Source: a virus
Lineage: Duplodnaviria; Caudoviricetes
IMG/VR virus record: IMGVR_UViG_3300020048_003360
Coordinates: 64,001 to 128,000 of that record
Direction: 5' to 3' (one strand)
Length of the DNA: 64,000 nt
The notes below the pieces were generated by a model that saw only the letters and a program-made list of their open reading frames with translations, was not told the origin of the DNA and made no database searches. Each line of letters starts with the position of its first letter. Within the stretch, counting starts at the first letter, position 1. Positions 9,655 through 19,697 of the stretch are shown piece after piece. Made by a program: the position numbers and the translations under genes.

Positions 9655-9996
9655 ATGAATATAAATAGATTAATGAAAAACTCAGGTCCCTCTATCTATT
9701 ATGATGATTCTTTTAGAGTGGTCTTAGAAACATTTGTACCGTCACTTATAGTCAGTCAAGACACAACACAGATTAGTGTGAGTGAACAAGCTGCCTATAA
9801 GTACGAATCGGACTTTTTTGGTTTACTGAGTGAGTTTAATATTCCAGTACATCTACATTGGTTAGTGATGCGGATGAATAACTTAACATCACCATTCGAT
9901 AGTACTTTATTGTATAATCTATTGTTAGTGCCAGATGAAAATACAATAGACCATATAAGACAATCGTATATGTCCGGAAATAGAATTAACGGATAA
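9655..9996 (+). CDS. Conserved phiKZ-like small protein (possible baseplate/LysM-like)
   Basis: YESDFFGLLSEFNIP...VMRMNNLTSP pattern; TTTTATG late-type motif at 9625-9631. Confidence 0.55.
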   Translation: MNINRLMKNSGPSIYYDDSFRVVLETFVPSLIVSQDTTQISVSEQAAYKYESDFFGLLSEFNIPVHLHWLVMRMNNLTSPFDSTLLYNLLLVPDENTIDHIRQSYMSGNRING

Positions 9997-10033
9997 TTCA
10001 CTACATGAGGGTATGAATCCTCATGTAGTGAAT
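9996..10033. terminator. Bidirectional hairpin between convergent genes
   Basis: 15-bp stem attcactacatgagg/cctcatgtagtgaat. Confidence 0.7.
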
Positions 10034-10057
10034 ATGCCGTATTTTTATTATTTTATA

Positions 10058-11296
10058 TTAAAGACCGAATCTACCACTTGGTGGTGGATAATTCATTTGT
10101 TGCTGTGGATATTGAGGTTGCTGGAATTGTTGCTGGGGATACTGGGGTTGCTGTGGATACTGAGGTTGAGCCCAACTCGGAATTCTTTCCTGCATTACAT
10201 TAACTGGATTAAATGGATGATGTCCAGTATGTGCTAGAGCTGGAATAACTCGCTCTAAAGATGCAAAATCTAATCCATTTGGTCCCTTTTTAATACCAAC
10301 ATCTTGAGGCGCCATTTGCGGATACCCTTGATACCCCATTTGCTGTGGATACATTAACTGAGTTGGTAATACTGGCTGTGCTGGTACCACTGGCGTTGGT
10401 GCTATTACTGGAGTAGTTAAAGCACCAGCACCTTCATTACCAGCCTGCATTGGTATCATTCTAATCTCAGGTAACATCACCGCAAGATTATCAAATACCT
10501 CTACCCATTCGTCATTGATCATTAACTTTTCTGGATCATCAATGATGTTACTAAAAAGACTAATAATGTCATTTAATGGGGATGCGACACCAATGACAGC
10601 TTTCATTAGTGCATCTATAAAGGGAGCTACTGTTGAGTTGGTACCGCAGTTATAGGCCTCTGGAGTATTTATTGATGGAAAGATATACTCCATTAGGTTA
10701 GTTAGTGTTTCTCGATCCTTTACCCGCAGTTTTACACCATATACATCTTCACCTCTTTTTAGTTCAGTATAAAATGGAAAGTCAACGATACTGACTCTAT
10801 GATACTTCGTTTCGCCTACCGTACCACCTCTCTTGAGGAAGATATTTACAAATACTTTCTCCTGTTGGTCAGCAGACATCTTTACCAATAATTTCTTAAA
10901 AATATCTAATGTTTTATCATCAGCATTTTTAACCACGCTAAGAAATTCTAATTGATCTGGAGTTAATTTAGAATGTTCTTCAGGACTGGTTGCAATTATC
11001 AGTAACTCATGTGCTAATGTAGCTACTGTAAAATGTAACCTAGCATTAACAGCACTCCTATACTTCTCCAATACATTAGATACCTTTCTGAGCATATTTT
11101 CAGATAGAGGATGAAAGATAATCTGTTCATCAGGTTTAGGTTTAGCCAAGTGCTCCGGAGTTGGTAAGACTAAACGCTTACCGTCAATCATTGCTGGTTG
11201 GCTATTATTACCAAATTCAGATGAAACGAATCCATCTGACGAAACAGTTAAGTTAGCCACTGCTAACAATGCTGTATATAGATCTAACAGTTTCAT
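10058..11296 (-). CDS. Nucleus-associated core protein (phiKZ gp70-like) with Q/P/Y low-complexity tail
   Basis: IDGKRLVLPT...FHPLSEN pattern; directly downstream of the PicA-like gene. Confidence 0.6.
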   Translation of the reverse strand: MKLLDLYTALLAVANLTVSSDGFVSSEFGNNSQPAMIDGKRLVLPTPEHLAKPKPDEQIIFHPLSENMLRKVSNVLEKYRSAVNARLHFTVATLAHELLIIATSPEEHSKLTPDQLEFLSVVKNADDKTLDIFKKLLVKMSADQQEKVFVNIFLKRGGTVGETKYHRVSIVDFPFYTELKRGEDVYGVKLRVKDRETLTNLMEYIFPSINTPEAYNCGTNSTVAPFIDALMKAVIGVASPLNDIISLFSNIIDDPEKLMINDEWVEVFDNLAVMLPEIRMIPMQAGNEGAGALTTPVIAPTPVVPAQPVLPTQLMYPQQMGYQGYPQMAPQDVGIKKGPNGLDFASLERVIPALAHTGHHPFNPVNVMQERIPSWAQPQYPQQPQYPQQQFQQPQYPQQQMNYPPPSGRFGL

Positions 11297-11308
11297 TTTA
11301 TCTACTCT

Positions 11309-12802
11309 CTAAAGTGAACCAGGTATATACATACCTACCTGACCGTTACGATATAAATCTCCATTCTCTCGAGATTTCATTGTTGAACCAGTAACATTAT
11401 CAACCAAGTGTTCCGACAGTCGCTGAAAATCATCAGCAAGATTCAGAACTCGATTATTATCATTACTGATAACGGGCGTCATTAATGCATCACAGAAACT
11501 TGGTGTAACAAAGTCTATTGGTGCCTTACCATCTAGAGATAGACTCAACCACGTTTCTCCCAATAAATCCACATTCATCTCAATAGCAAATTCAATTGCA
11601 TTATTGAATGAAATGTCTTTCAATACCTCACTTTCAATTCTACTAACAAATGCAGCCAATGGTCTACTTAAGTCCCCATTACTAAATCCCTGGGCATCCA
11701 ATATTACTGTGCGTGCTGTACTATTAATATCTCTATTTGTAGATTTAAAGACAACTCGTGTTAAAGCTAGATCCATTAGTAAACCAGGTATAGTTTGACT
11801 AAGAATATTTGCCGTAGAGGTCATAATGTCTGACCCACCCCAGTCTGAAGTCTGTCCTGGTCTATGTACAGTAGCTAATGCTTGAGGACTTAATAACTGC
11901 GCTATTGTGACATTATCTATATTCGGATCTATTCTCCTAAGATCACCATACGTGAATGTGTTACCCACACCACTTTCCCCACGTATTTGCATAACTGCAC
12001 ATAAAAATGGATCTTCACTAGCACTATCTTCACTAGTTAAGCCCCTCGCACGATCTATGATATCGCCCTCACTATCACCAAATGGTCCTTGTACTACTGA
12101 TTTTGTATATCCGTTAAATATCTTAGATACAAATGAAGCTGCCGATGCATTTGATCTAAAGGATTTTACAGCTGTGTTATTCGCCATAGTTCTAGCGTCA
12201 ACAATACCCTCCTGTGGGATATCCCTCATCTGTACTCTAGACATCGCCGCGTAGATATCTACTGGTCTCATATGTTGATCGCGCATTGGACTATATACAT
12301 TCTGCCATGCATTATCAACAAGTACATGCGAACTGCCGGTTACAGCAGTCAATGTCTGATTACCCATCATACCGATGGATTGAGTGTGTCGCACTTCCAT
12401 AATGGAGTTTACAAAGAATAACATATTGGGATCAATACTCCCACTAATACCAACACCATTGTAATCTGTATAACCCAATACTACTTCAGTCATACCGCCA
12501 CCAGTAGTGTAGTTGTATTCAATTTCCATCATGAAACGCATACGTCGTTCTACCCAACCATTGGGTAAAAGTAATTCTTTTTCAGGAGTAGCTGCGGGCG
12601 ATACCAACTTGTTTGCTAAACCACCCATTAATGAGGGCTCGTAATGTCTAGTGTGTTGTAGTTTTTCAACCACAATGTTATACGTATTCATATCCACACA
12701 TGTGTCATATGGACGTCGATATTGGGTATTATATCCACCAGTTTCATGCAGTAGAAATTTACGAATCCTAATACCCCTACTATATCCACCTACGTTTTGC
12801 AT
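11309..12802 (-). CDS. picA: Phage nucleus protein-import factor PicA/Imp1 (phiKZ gp69-like)
   Basis: ETGGYNTQYRRPY and NGW.E.R.RFMME motifs; 497 aa; lies between gp68-like and gp70-like genes. Confidence 0.65.
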   Translation of the reverse strand: MQNVGGYSRGIRIRKFLLHETGGYNTQYRRPYDTCVDMNTYNIVVEKLQHTRHYEPSLMGGLANKLVSPAATPEKELLLPNGWVERRMRFMMEIEYNYTTGGGMTEVVLGYTDYNGVGISGSIDPNMLFFVNSIMEVRHTQSIGMMGNQTLTAVTGSSHVLVDNAWQNVYSPMRDQHMRPVDIYAAMSRVQMRDIPQEGIVDARTMANNTAVKSFRSNASAASFVSKIFNGYTKSVVQGPFGDSEGDIIDRARGLTSEDSASEDPFLCAVMQIRGESGVGNTFTYGDLRRIDPNIDNVTIAQLLSPQALATVHRPGQTSDWGGSDIMTSTANILSQTIPGLLMDLALTRVVFKSTNRDINSTARTVILDAQGFSNGDLSRPLAAFVSRIESEVLKDISFNNAIEFAIEMNVDLLGETWLSLSLDGKAPIDFVTPSFCDALMTPVISNDNNRVLNLADDFQRLSEHLVDNVTGSTMKSRENGDLYRNGQVGMYIPGSL

Positions 12803-12817
12803 AATACTCTCCAGTAA

Positions 12818-14350
12818 TTACTTAAAAACTCGCTTTGCTATTTCTATTACTAAGTTGGCTAGTAATATTTTTGCATTGTGAGGCGTACTGTATCTACTAC
12901 TACCGCCATCTACTTTCTCTAACATATGTTTAGGTAAAGTGAGTATCCACTCATGCTCACTAAACATAGCGACAACTGACTCTATTGCCTCGACAGCAGG
13001 ATTAATTGTCTTTACTATTCTTTGCTTACCTACAGGTTTTCTAGAATATGGATAGAGAAAATCCAATTGTTCCATTTGCTCTTTAGATATTCTTGCACGT
13101 GAATCAGAACCACTTACCGATAACTCATCTATAGTTTCTTGATTAATAGCTGTTAGTAATGCAGCTAGTTCAAAAAATTCTCTATGCCACAATATTGCTT
13201 GAGCAACAGCTACTGCCGTTAGCACTTGTTTCTTATTTACATGTAACAATCCTTTTGGTGGAACCACTCTCTTTAATACCCACTGGGTAATTATAAGTTG
13301 TGGTTTCCAGAGTTGTTTATCCTCTAAAACCACTACTGCGTCTAAACACGTCTGTACTAACTTTAAGTCAATAGTGGGGCAAATTTCAAGGGCTAGTGTA
13401 AATGGATCTTTTAAATAAAACCCAATAATAGCTATATCGCCAGCAGCTATCTCTTGTTTGGTTTTATAACCTTCTAGCTTAGACAGATTGTTTTCACCCT
13501 CTGCAGCTTGTCCTACTATGGTCTTATCTTTAATTAGACCAATAAAGGATTTATCATGTCCCTTTACTCTTTGGTCCATGTAATTGTAAATGAAGGTCAC
13601 CAATGATGTTGTTGGATCAATTCCACGTACATCACCAATTGACAGTCTTCTTACAACTACTAAACCTAATACCCATATTGGAAAATCTTCAGTACTTATT
13701 CCTCCAAAAACAGCAGATGTTTTACTCTTATCTGCAGGTAGTGAATGCTCTACATATATCTTTAACCTCTCCATTGGTTCGGATCTGATTAAATTTGTAT
13801 GGGCCAATAAATGAAAAGCATAATATTCTTTAAATACGGTATTTTTTCTTCCAGTTCTAGCTATGAACTCACCCCAAATTGGTATCATTATCCTGAAAGA
13901 TACCGATAGAGCCACTAACCATTTGTAATCATCTTTTAGATACGTGCGTTCTCTAGTGCCTGGTGTTTCATAAGACACAGTAAATGCATCCCGTAACCCT
14001 ATTGGTAGATGGACGCCACTATGAAACCATAGCCAGTGATTTATATCCTCAATAGGCTGCAAACTAAACAACTCACCTACGAGTATATATAGTTTACCAG
14101 TAAGATCATTTACGTCCCATACGGTATCAAATAATGCCCTAATGCGTTTATATGTGTCAAATATAGTATCTTGAACAGATGGTTGTGAATATGCCCAGAA
14201 GCCATTTATCTCCTGAAAAATATCCATATCATTCTTAACTGACATCTTTTCAAAAAGCGCGATATTCCATTCAATAGTTTCCCCGTGATGCGCCATACTT
14301 GCCATGACTGGTGTACCATCATACTCGATTCGTTTTACAATAAGTTCCAT
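12818..14350 (-). CDS. Non-virion RNAP sigma-like subunit (phiKZ gp68-like)
   Basis: 510 aa; TYLKDDY..LVAL...R.M.PIWGEFI pattern; synteny and early promoter. Confidence 0.7.
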   Translation of the reverse strand: MELIVKRIEYDGTPVMASMAHHGETIEWNIALFEKMSVKNDMDIFQEINGFWAYSQPSVQDTIFDTYKRIRALFDTVWDVNDLTGKLYILVGELFSLQPIEDINHWLWFHSGVHLPIGLRDAFTVSYETPGTRERTYLKDDYKWLVALSVSFRIMIPIWGEFIARTGRKNTVFKEYYAFHLLAHTNLIRSEPMERLKIYVEHSLPADKSKTSAVFGGISTEDFPIWVLGLVVVRRLSIGDVRGIDPTTSLVTFIYNYMDQRVKGHDKSFIGLIKDKTIVGQAAEGENNLSKLEGYKTKQEIAAGDIAIIGFYLKDPFTLALEICPTIDLKLVQTCLDAVVVLEDKQLWKPQLIITQWVLKRVVPPKGLLHVNKKQVLTAVAVAQAILWHREFFELAALLTAINQETIDELSVSGSDSRARISKEQMEQLDFLYPYSRKPVGKQRIVKTINPAVEAIESVVAMFSEHEWILTLPKHMLEKVDGGSSRYSTPHNAKILLANLVIEIAKRVFK

Positions 14351-14385
14351 ACGATCTCCTAGTTAATACAGATGACATACTCTAT

Positions 14386-14405
14386 ATAGATAATATATTG
14401 CCATA
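14386..14405 (-). promoter_or_regulatory. Phage early-type promoter
   Basis: atagataatatattgccata. Confidence 0.8.
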
Positions 14406-14498
14406 AAGATTTAGAATCTTGTATCGGTATGGGGAATTAAAACACTCCCTACCATTATTCCTTTCGAGAATAGTGGTAGAAAGTGTTTATGTGATCAA

Positions 14499-15143
14499 TT
14501 AAAACGGGATGTCTTCTGATGATGAGTTTTTACTTCCATAGTCATTCCTGACCGGCATGTCTTTCTTTGGAGGCTCTACCCAGTTATTAACGAGTAGTGT
14601 TTCCATAACTCCATAAAGAACTTTAACATACGCCTTAGCGTAATATTGAGATACTGCATCTTTACCAGCAGGACTACCATCGCCATTAAAGAAATGATGG
14701 AAGTCACTTTCACCAAAAGTAAATTTAATGATTGGTCTATTTTTAGATACTAAAGATACCCAAATTAAACCATCTTTATCCTTACCAAAATAAAGTGTAC
14801 TAATCAATACTGGTGTTTCTGATTTAACGCCTCGTGGAAAGATAAAGTTGTAGTTTTCAAGATATTCTTTTTTCTCACCTTGGTGATCAATTAGATTACC
14901 CAAACGATCTAAAAATGCCGTAAAGGTAGGCATATCTAAGTTAGCTACAATCTTACCATAATTATTCGATTCACCAGTATCATTTGGATCATTGGTCCAA
15001 ACAACTAAGCGTGGGTTATTGGCAACTAATTGCCAAGTAAAACTACTCCATTTTGTATTATCACCTGGGCAACGTGTAGATAGATGTAGTTTGCGATTGT
15101 CTAACGCATTTTTAACACGCTCGGGCGGGCGGAAGTCACTCAT
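14499..15143 (-). CDS. chmC: ChmC-like nucleus-associated nucleic-acid-binding protein (phiKZ gp67-like)
   Basis: LDNRKLHLS...NNPRLVVWTN.PND...GKIVA.LD.PTF pattern; immediately upstream of the gp68-like gene. Confidence 0.6.
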   Translation of the reverse strand: MSDFRPPERVKNALDNRKLHLSTRCPGDNTKWSSFTWQLVANNPRLVVWTNDPNDTGESNNYGKIVANLDMPTFTAFLDRLGNLIDHQGEKKEYLENYNFIFPRGVKSETPVLISTLYFGKDKDGLIWVSLVSKNRPIIKFTFGESDFHHFFNGDGSPAGKDAVSQYYAKAYVKVLYGVMETLLVNNWVEPPKKDMPVRNDYGSKNSSSEDIPF

Positions 15144-15220
15144 GATTTTTTCCTAATTAAATTTAAAATTAATAAAGTTTCATTGTATCAAACTATATGG
15201 CTCTGCAATATTTTATTACT

Positions 15221-16060
15221 TTAAAGAATATCTAACATGATTTGTCGAGCATATGGATTCAATAAAGTTTCTAAACCATATCTCACTTTATCTCTAGTAG
15301 TCACAGAACTCCAGTTGTATTTCTTAGCTACCTCCAATATAGACATACGTAGTTTACGATCATGGGGTCTGAATAGAGTCTCATCACCAAAAACAGTCAA
15401 GAAACATTTCATAAAAGGAATTTGATTTAACTCACTACCATTATGTAATTTGGTATACCATTGACTTTTTCCTTTCACAAAACCCGTATGACTTTCTAAC
15501 AATGATAGTTTACTAAACTCATGTGCTGATAATAAATCAATAGCAAAATGCGTTAGTATTAAAGCACTGTTTGAGCCATTAGGGTTCTTTAGAAATAACT
15601 CAAATCCTTTTATATCTAGATCTGGATTCTTAAGAAGAAGTTTCATTACCTGTGCCTGTAGGGCGCTAAACTCCTTTTGCTTTTCAGTGTTATCCATACG
15701 CGCGACACTGCGTTTAAACTCCCGTTCAATACCATTATAGTTAGAGTAGTAAAACACTACTTTAACATTACCATTTCTAGATGTATTCTCTTCCACAAAT
15801 GTTCTAATAAACGACATCTCCTCAGCTAATGTAGCTGCTAACTCGATAATACTGACTTTACCCGCATTGTTTCTCTCTAATGAGCCCAACATATTTCGGA
15901 AAAGAGTACGGACGTTTACAAGCAACGAACTGTATTTTAAGATAGGCACTTCTGAGGATGGATGATCTGGATGGACACCATAGGCTCCCTCAATCGCAAG
16001 GCTTGTAGCGATAGACAACGGCAGCTGTCCAACTGCACGTTGTGATAAAAGATCTATCAT
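15221..16060 (-). CDS. Conserved core protein with 5'-3' exonuclease/PIN-like features (phiKZ gp66-like)
   Basis: LSIATSLAIE, LLVNVRTLFRN, LTH..IDLL...LLESHTG motifs; synteny. Confidence 0.55.
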   Translation of the reverse strand: MIDLLSQRAVGQLPLSIATSLAIEGAYGVHPDHPSSEVPILKYSSLLVNVRTLFRNMLGSLERNNAGKVSIIELAATLAEEMSFIRTFVEENTSRNGNVKVVFYYSNYNGIEREFKRSVARMDNTEKQKEFSALQAQVMKLLLKNPDLDIKGFELFLKNPNGSNSALILTHFAIDLLSAHEFSKLSLLESHTGFVKGKSQWYTKLHNGSELNQIPFMKCFLTVFGDETLFRPHDRKLRMSILEVAKKYNWSSVTTRDKVRYGLETLLNPYARQIMLDIL

Positions 16061-16066
16061 TTAAAT

Positions 16067-16103
16067 TCCTTTAAATATTAAATTACAGACTCTCCAAGGG
16101 ATC
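16067..16103 (-). promoter_or_regulatory. Hairpin plus RBS leader, copy 2 (5' arm missing)
   Basis: GATCCCTTGGAGAGTCTGTAATTTAATATTTAAAGGA; the endonuclease stop codon falls in the loop region. Confidence 0.65.
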
Positions 16104-17052
16104 ACATATGCTTTCTAGCTAAATATGCTTTCCTAGCTGAAGACATATTAGCTCTAGCTTCAGCAGACCTAGGCTTACTCATTTTTGCGATAGCTTCAGG
16201 AGTATGTTTTCTACCAATAGTTGCTAAAGACATTTTTGCGATAGCTTCTGGAGAATGTTTTCTACCCATATGCACAGCACGCATACGTGCTTTAGCTTCT
16301 GGAGAGTTGTGATAAGCCTTCAGTTTAGCGATAGTTTCAGGAGAAAGTTTTTTACCAGTATTTGCTAACGATAATTTAGCTCTATGCTCAGGAGAAATTA
16401 TTTTACCCGTATTTACCTCACTCATACGTGCTCTATGTTCAGGAGTATTGCGATAAGCTTTCATTTTTGCGATAGTTTCGGGAGAACGTTTTTTACCAGT
16501 ATTTGCTAGTGATAGTTTTTCACGTGTTTCAGCAGACTTAGGTTTACCAGTGCGTGACTCGCTCATACGTGCCTTAGCTTCTGGAGTATTTTGATAAGCC
16601 TTCATACGCGCTTTAGCTTCTGGAGTATGTTTTCTACCAAGACTTGCTAAAGACATTTTTGCGATAGTTTCAGGAGTGCGTTTAATTCCCTGTTGCGAGT
16701 ATGCACTAGGAGCTAGATTATAAATAAAAGACTCACCGAAATACTCATCTAGTAAACTTTGTTCAACACTATGCGCTGTTTCTCTAGTGTCTACAGGCCT
16801 AACATAGTAGATTACAGTTGGGTCATTATTATAGTCCAATTGTAACGATTTGCTACGATGCATATTCCTAGAGAGGCAGTGCCTGTGGTCTTTAATTCTT
16901 TGTCTTAAATCATTAGTACTACCAATATAAAATTTACCAGTAGACACATGTTTGATCAGATAGCATCCAGGTCCATTTAGTAAGTGTCTATATTCTTTAT
17001 TACTCAATAGTGCAATTGGTACAAATCCAGTAATTATGTCATTATCTATCAT
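16102..17052 (-). CDS. Free-standing GIY-YIG homing endonuclease with about ten NUMOD3-like repeats
   Basis: GCYLIKH...FYIGSTNDLRQRIKDH; repeated (H/R/N)(T/S)PE..A(K/R)(M/L) units. Confidence 0.88.
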   Translation of the reverse strand: MIDNDIITGFVPIALLSNKEYRHLLNGPGCYLIKHVSTGKFYIGSTNDLRQRIKDHRHCLSRNMHRSKSLQLDYNNDPTVIYYVRPVDTRETAHSVEQSLLDEYFGESFIYNLAPSAYSQQGIKRTPETIAKMSLASLGRKHTPEAKARMKAYQNTPEAKARMSESRTGKPKSAETREKLSLANTGKKRSPETIAKMKAYRNTPEHRARMSEVNTGKIISPEHRAKLSLANTGKKLSPETIAKLKAYHNSPEAKARMRAVHMGRKHSPEAIAKMSLATIGRKHTPEAIAKMSKPRSAEARANMSSARKAYLARKHM

Positions 17053-17091
17053 GGTCGTTATCCTTTATGAAATAATTTAAAGTAGTTCCAT

Positions 17092-17111
17092 ATAGATAAT
17101 ATATTGCCATA
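17092..17111 (-). promoter_or_regulatory. Phage early-type promoter for the endonuclease gene
   Basis: atagataatatattgccata. Confidence 0.8.
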
Positions 17112-17122
17112 ATTTCTTTGAT

Positions 17123-18241
17123 TCAAGGCGATATGTCGTTTAGAATCTTTTCTGCTATCAAAACAACATTTGAATCTACATCAGAATGAAATACCCTATT
17201 CATTAATAGTCCTTTAAGATTCTCAGGAGTTATAGTTATAGGAATATAGTCTACATCACTACCTTCTTCTGTAATTTTATCTTCAACTACCTTATCCTTA
17301 ACTAATCTACTCCATATTAGTAACGGATAGCGTGAGACCAATACATTCATATTTGTAATTACTGGATTATCACCACTGCCAATAACACGTATATAAGATC
17401 CATTGGGTGGTGTGGTATTTAATATTGTATTATCTATTTTTTGTAATGACTCATCTACAGTTAAGTCTGTACAGTCTATAGATTTAAATATCTTAGCTTT
17501 CTTATTTTCAACTAATCTTGCAGTATAACCATCATTAGTTATTGTAGCGCGTACATGACCTTTTGGTTCTTCTTCACCGTGTGCAAGACGATCAAAAGAA
17601 CCTTGAGCTATGATTCTTTTGTATGTAGAAAAGGTATGGATATGTCCAATAAATATTAGTTCCCTTACTATAGCCAAATACTCATCTGGATCGTGTTTAT
17701 GCGATTTTACAATTTCTGGTAGCTGAAATGTAAATGCACCATGCATTATGGCATAATCCACATGAGTGAGTCCTTTTGCTTTTAATAATGCCTTTACGTC
17801 AGCTAAAGTACGCTCTGTAGTGGATTGCCACTCGTCTGGTATATACAGTACATGGATATCATATTTCTGTATATACTCAATAGATAGTTCCTTAACATAT
17901 ACTAAGTCTATTGGTGAGTTTATTATTTTAGCTATATTAACAAATTGTTCTGATTGTTTCCAATCATGGGATGGAGTGCCTTCTAGTACTCTTAGTAAGA
18001 TATCGTGTTTAGCACATAAATTTAATAAGTGCGTTATCCAAAAACCTATTTCTTTAACATCATCATTGGGTAGCGTTAATAATCTATCAAATATATCACC
18101 AGCTAAAAAAATAATATCTAACTCAGCAGTTTCGGCATTATCTGGAAATGCTAATTTTAAATTGGCAATAATATCTGTAGTTTTATTTTTAGAATTTCCT
18201 AGATGAAGGTCAGATATAACTGCCAAGTTAAGTTTACTCAT
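17123..18241 (-). CDS. sbcD: SbcD/Mre11-family metallophosphoesterase nuclease
   Basis: SDLHLG, AGDIFD, GTPSHD, MHG, GHIH calcineurin-like motifs, GSFDRL. Confidence 0.9.
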   Translation of the reverse strand: MSKLNLAVISDLHLGNSKNKTTDIIANLKLAFPDNAETAELDIIFLAGDIFDRLLTLPNDDVKEIGFWITHLLNLCAKHDILLRVLEGTPSHDWKQSEQFVNIAKIINSPIDLVYVKELSIEYIQKYDIHVLYIPDEWQSTTERTLADVKALLKAKGLTHVDYAIMHGAFTFQLPEIVKSHKHDPDEYLAIVRELIFIGHIHTFSTYKRIIAQGSFDRLAHGEEEPKGHVRATITNDGYTARLVENKKAKIFKSIDCTDLTVDESLQKIDNTILNTTPPNGSYIRVIGSGDNPVITNMNVLVSRYPLLIWSRLVKDKVVEDKITEEGSDVDYIPITITPENLKGLLMNRVFHSDVDSNVVLIAEKILNDISP

Positions 18242-18578
18242 GATTTATTGCCTTATGTTTATTGCGTTTTCTGTTTCTTTTTTCTTCAGCTTTTCTATAT
18301 ATTTCATCTGAATCGCCCTTATTTGATTTAAGAACTTTTTCTATTTGTTTATGTGCAGCTGTGCCAAAAACCATATTACGCATATGTTTTAATACAGGTC
18401 CATCAAAATGTCCATTAGGATCAACATTGTATTTTTGTCTACTATCTTCCATATTTACTACATCCTCTGTTTGTGTATCTACATCATCATCTAGATCCAC
18501 GTGTGTTCGTGTATCGTCCGTAGATTCAGAAAGTAAACCTTCCATTGCGCTGTAGAGTCTATTTTGAGCAGCTGACAC
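18234..18578 (-). CDS. Hypothetical protein, 114 aa
   Basis: ORF with RBS, overlaps sbcD start by 8 nt. Confidence 0.6.
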   Translation of the reverse strand: MSAAQNRLYSAMEGLLSESTDDTRTHVDLDDDVDTQTEDVVNMEDSRQKYNVDPNGHFDGPVLKHMRNMVFGTAAHKQIEKVLKSNKGDSDEIYRKAEEKRNRKRNKHKAINHE

Positions 18579-18592
18579 TTTATCATCCTCCT

Positions 18593-19138
18593 TTAAAAAC
18601 TTTCAAAATCATCTGGATTAGTTTTAGGTAGATTTACTTCTTCCTTCACTACATCCGAAACTATTTCTGGTCTACCATATCTTTTAAATACCATATTCCA
18701 AAAATCTAAATTCTTTGTGATATTTGCTGGCACTTTTAATATCGACGCACATTTATCTAATGCACCAGTTAAATATGCAGCACCTTGATTAGGATGAAAC
18801 CTATAATACTGTTGTGCTGTAGCTACTATGTGCGATACATTTAAACTCTTTTCTGGCGCACTATTAATAGTACTTCTATCGAATATTGGTGGCACTCTAA
18901 AAATAACTACACCATTTCTATCTATTACATCTACTGAACTATATGGACCACCAGCAAAATTCACCCACGTCTCTAATGTGGCACCATACTTATTTTCTTC
19001 ACCAGCAAATACTGGCATAAATACACCAGCAAAAATATGTTCTTGTAATTTAGGAATTGTTTCACTATCTAACGTTTCTAGATTACTATTAATTCTAGTT
19101 AATAATAGAGACGTTTCTTGTTCTTTTTGACTAGACAT
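18593..19138 (-). CDS. Conserved phiKZ-like core hypothetical protein, 181 aa
   Basis: W..FAGGPY..VDV.D..G.V.FRVPP pattern; tightly packed in operon. Confidence 0.6.
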   Translation of the reverse strand: MSSQKEQETSLLLTRINSNLETLDSETIPKLQEHIFAGVFMPVFAGEENKYGATLETWVNFAGGPYSSVDVIDRNGVVIFRVPPIFDRSTINSAPEKSLNVSHIVATAQQYYRFHPNQGAAYLTGALDKCASILKVPANITKNLDFWNMVFKRYGRPEIVSDVVKEEVNLPKTNPDDFESF

Positions 19139-19143
19139 TATTT

Positions 19144-19551
19144 TTATCCATTAACAAGTTTAGATACAGCCGTAACTTTTGCATTAGTGATTCTAAGTAA
19201 ATTACCTATTGAATGTGTTACGCCACCTTCAGTAACTAAACAGTGTATCGTTACTTCAACACTACTATTATTATCATCGTATCTATCGTCATTACTTGTC
19301 GTCACAATAGCTAAATCGTAATATCTACTTAGATATGTCTCTAATGTATTTTGTAAATCCTCAGTAAAAGAATTAATGTTTCCATTATGTTTCTGAAGTA
19401 AATACTGCATACTGCTAACTTCGCCATTATATAAATAAGATTGACTATGCATTGTTTCGTAAAAATAAGATAACAATGAATCTGCCTTACTAGATGGATC
19501 TGTAATCCAACCCTGTGGACTTAATGATGGTACTGGTATATTAACGGTCAT
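19144..19551 (-). CDS. Conserved phiKZ-like core protein, 135 aa (possible structural)
   Basis: VPSLSPQGW...SQS.LY...VSSMQYL pattern; operon context. Confidence 0.55.
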   Translation of the reverse strand: MTVNIPVPSLSPQGWITDPSSKADSLLSYFYETMHSQSYLYNGEVSSMQYLLQKHNGNINSFTEDLQNTLETYLSRYYDLAIVTTSNDDRYDDNNSSVEVTIHCLVTEGGVTHSIGNLLRITNAKVTAVSKLVNG

Positions 19552-19697
19552 TATATATCTCCTTAGCTACATATGTATTCAGTGTTAAATAAATTTTTAT
19601 AATAAGATAACTACATACTAGTAATATATATTTATAACAGTTTAAAATAAAAAAAATAATGACGAATTCCCTATTAAAGGATTCGTCATTAATTAGT

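Noticed and set aside
16170-16680. Repeated DNA units that might suggest a CRISPR array
   Set aside because: In-frame, imperfect repeats encoding NUMOD3-like motifs; no constant repeat with unique spacers
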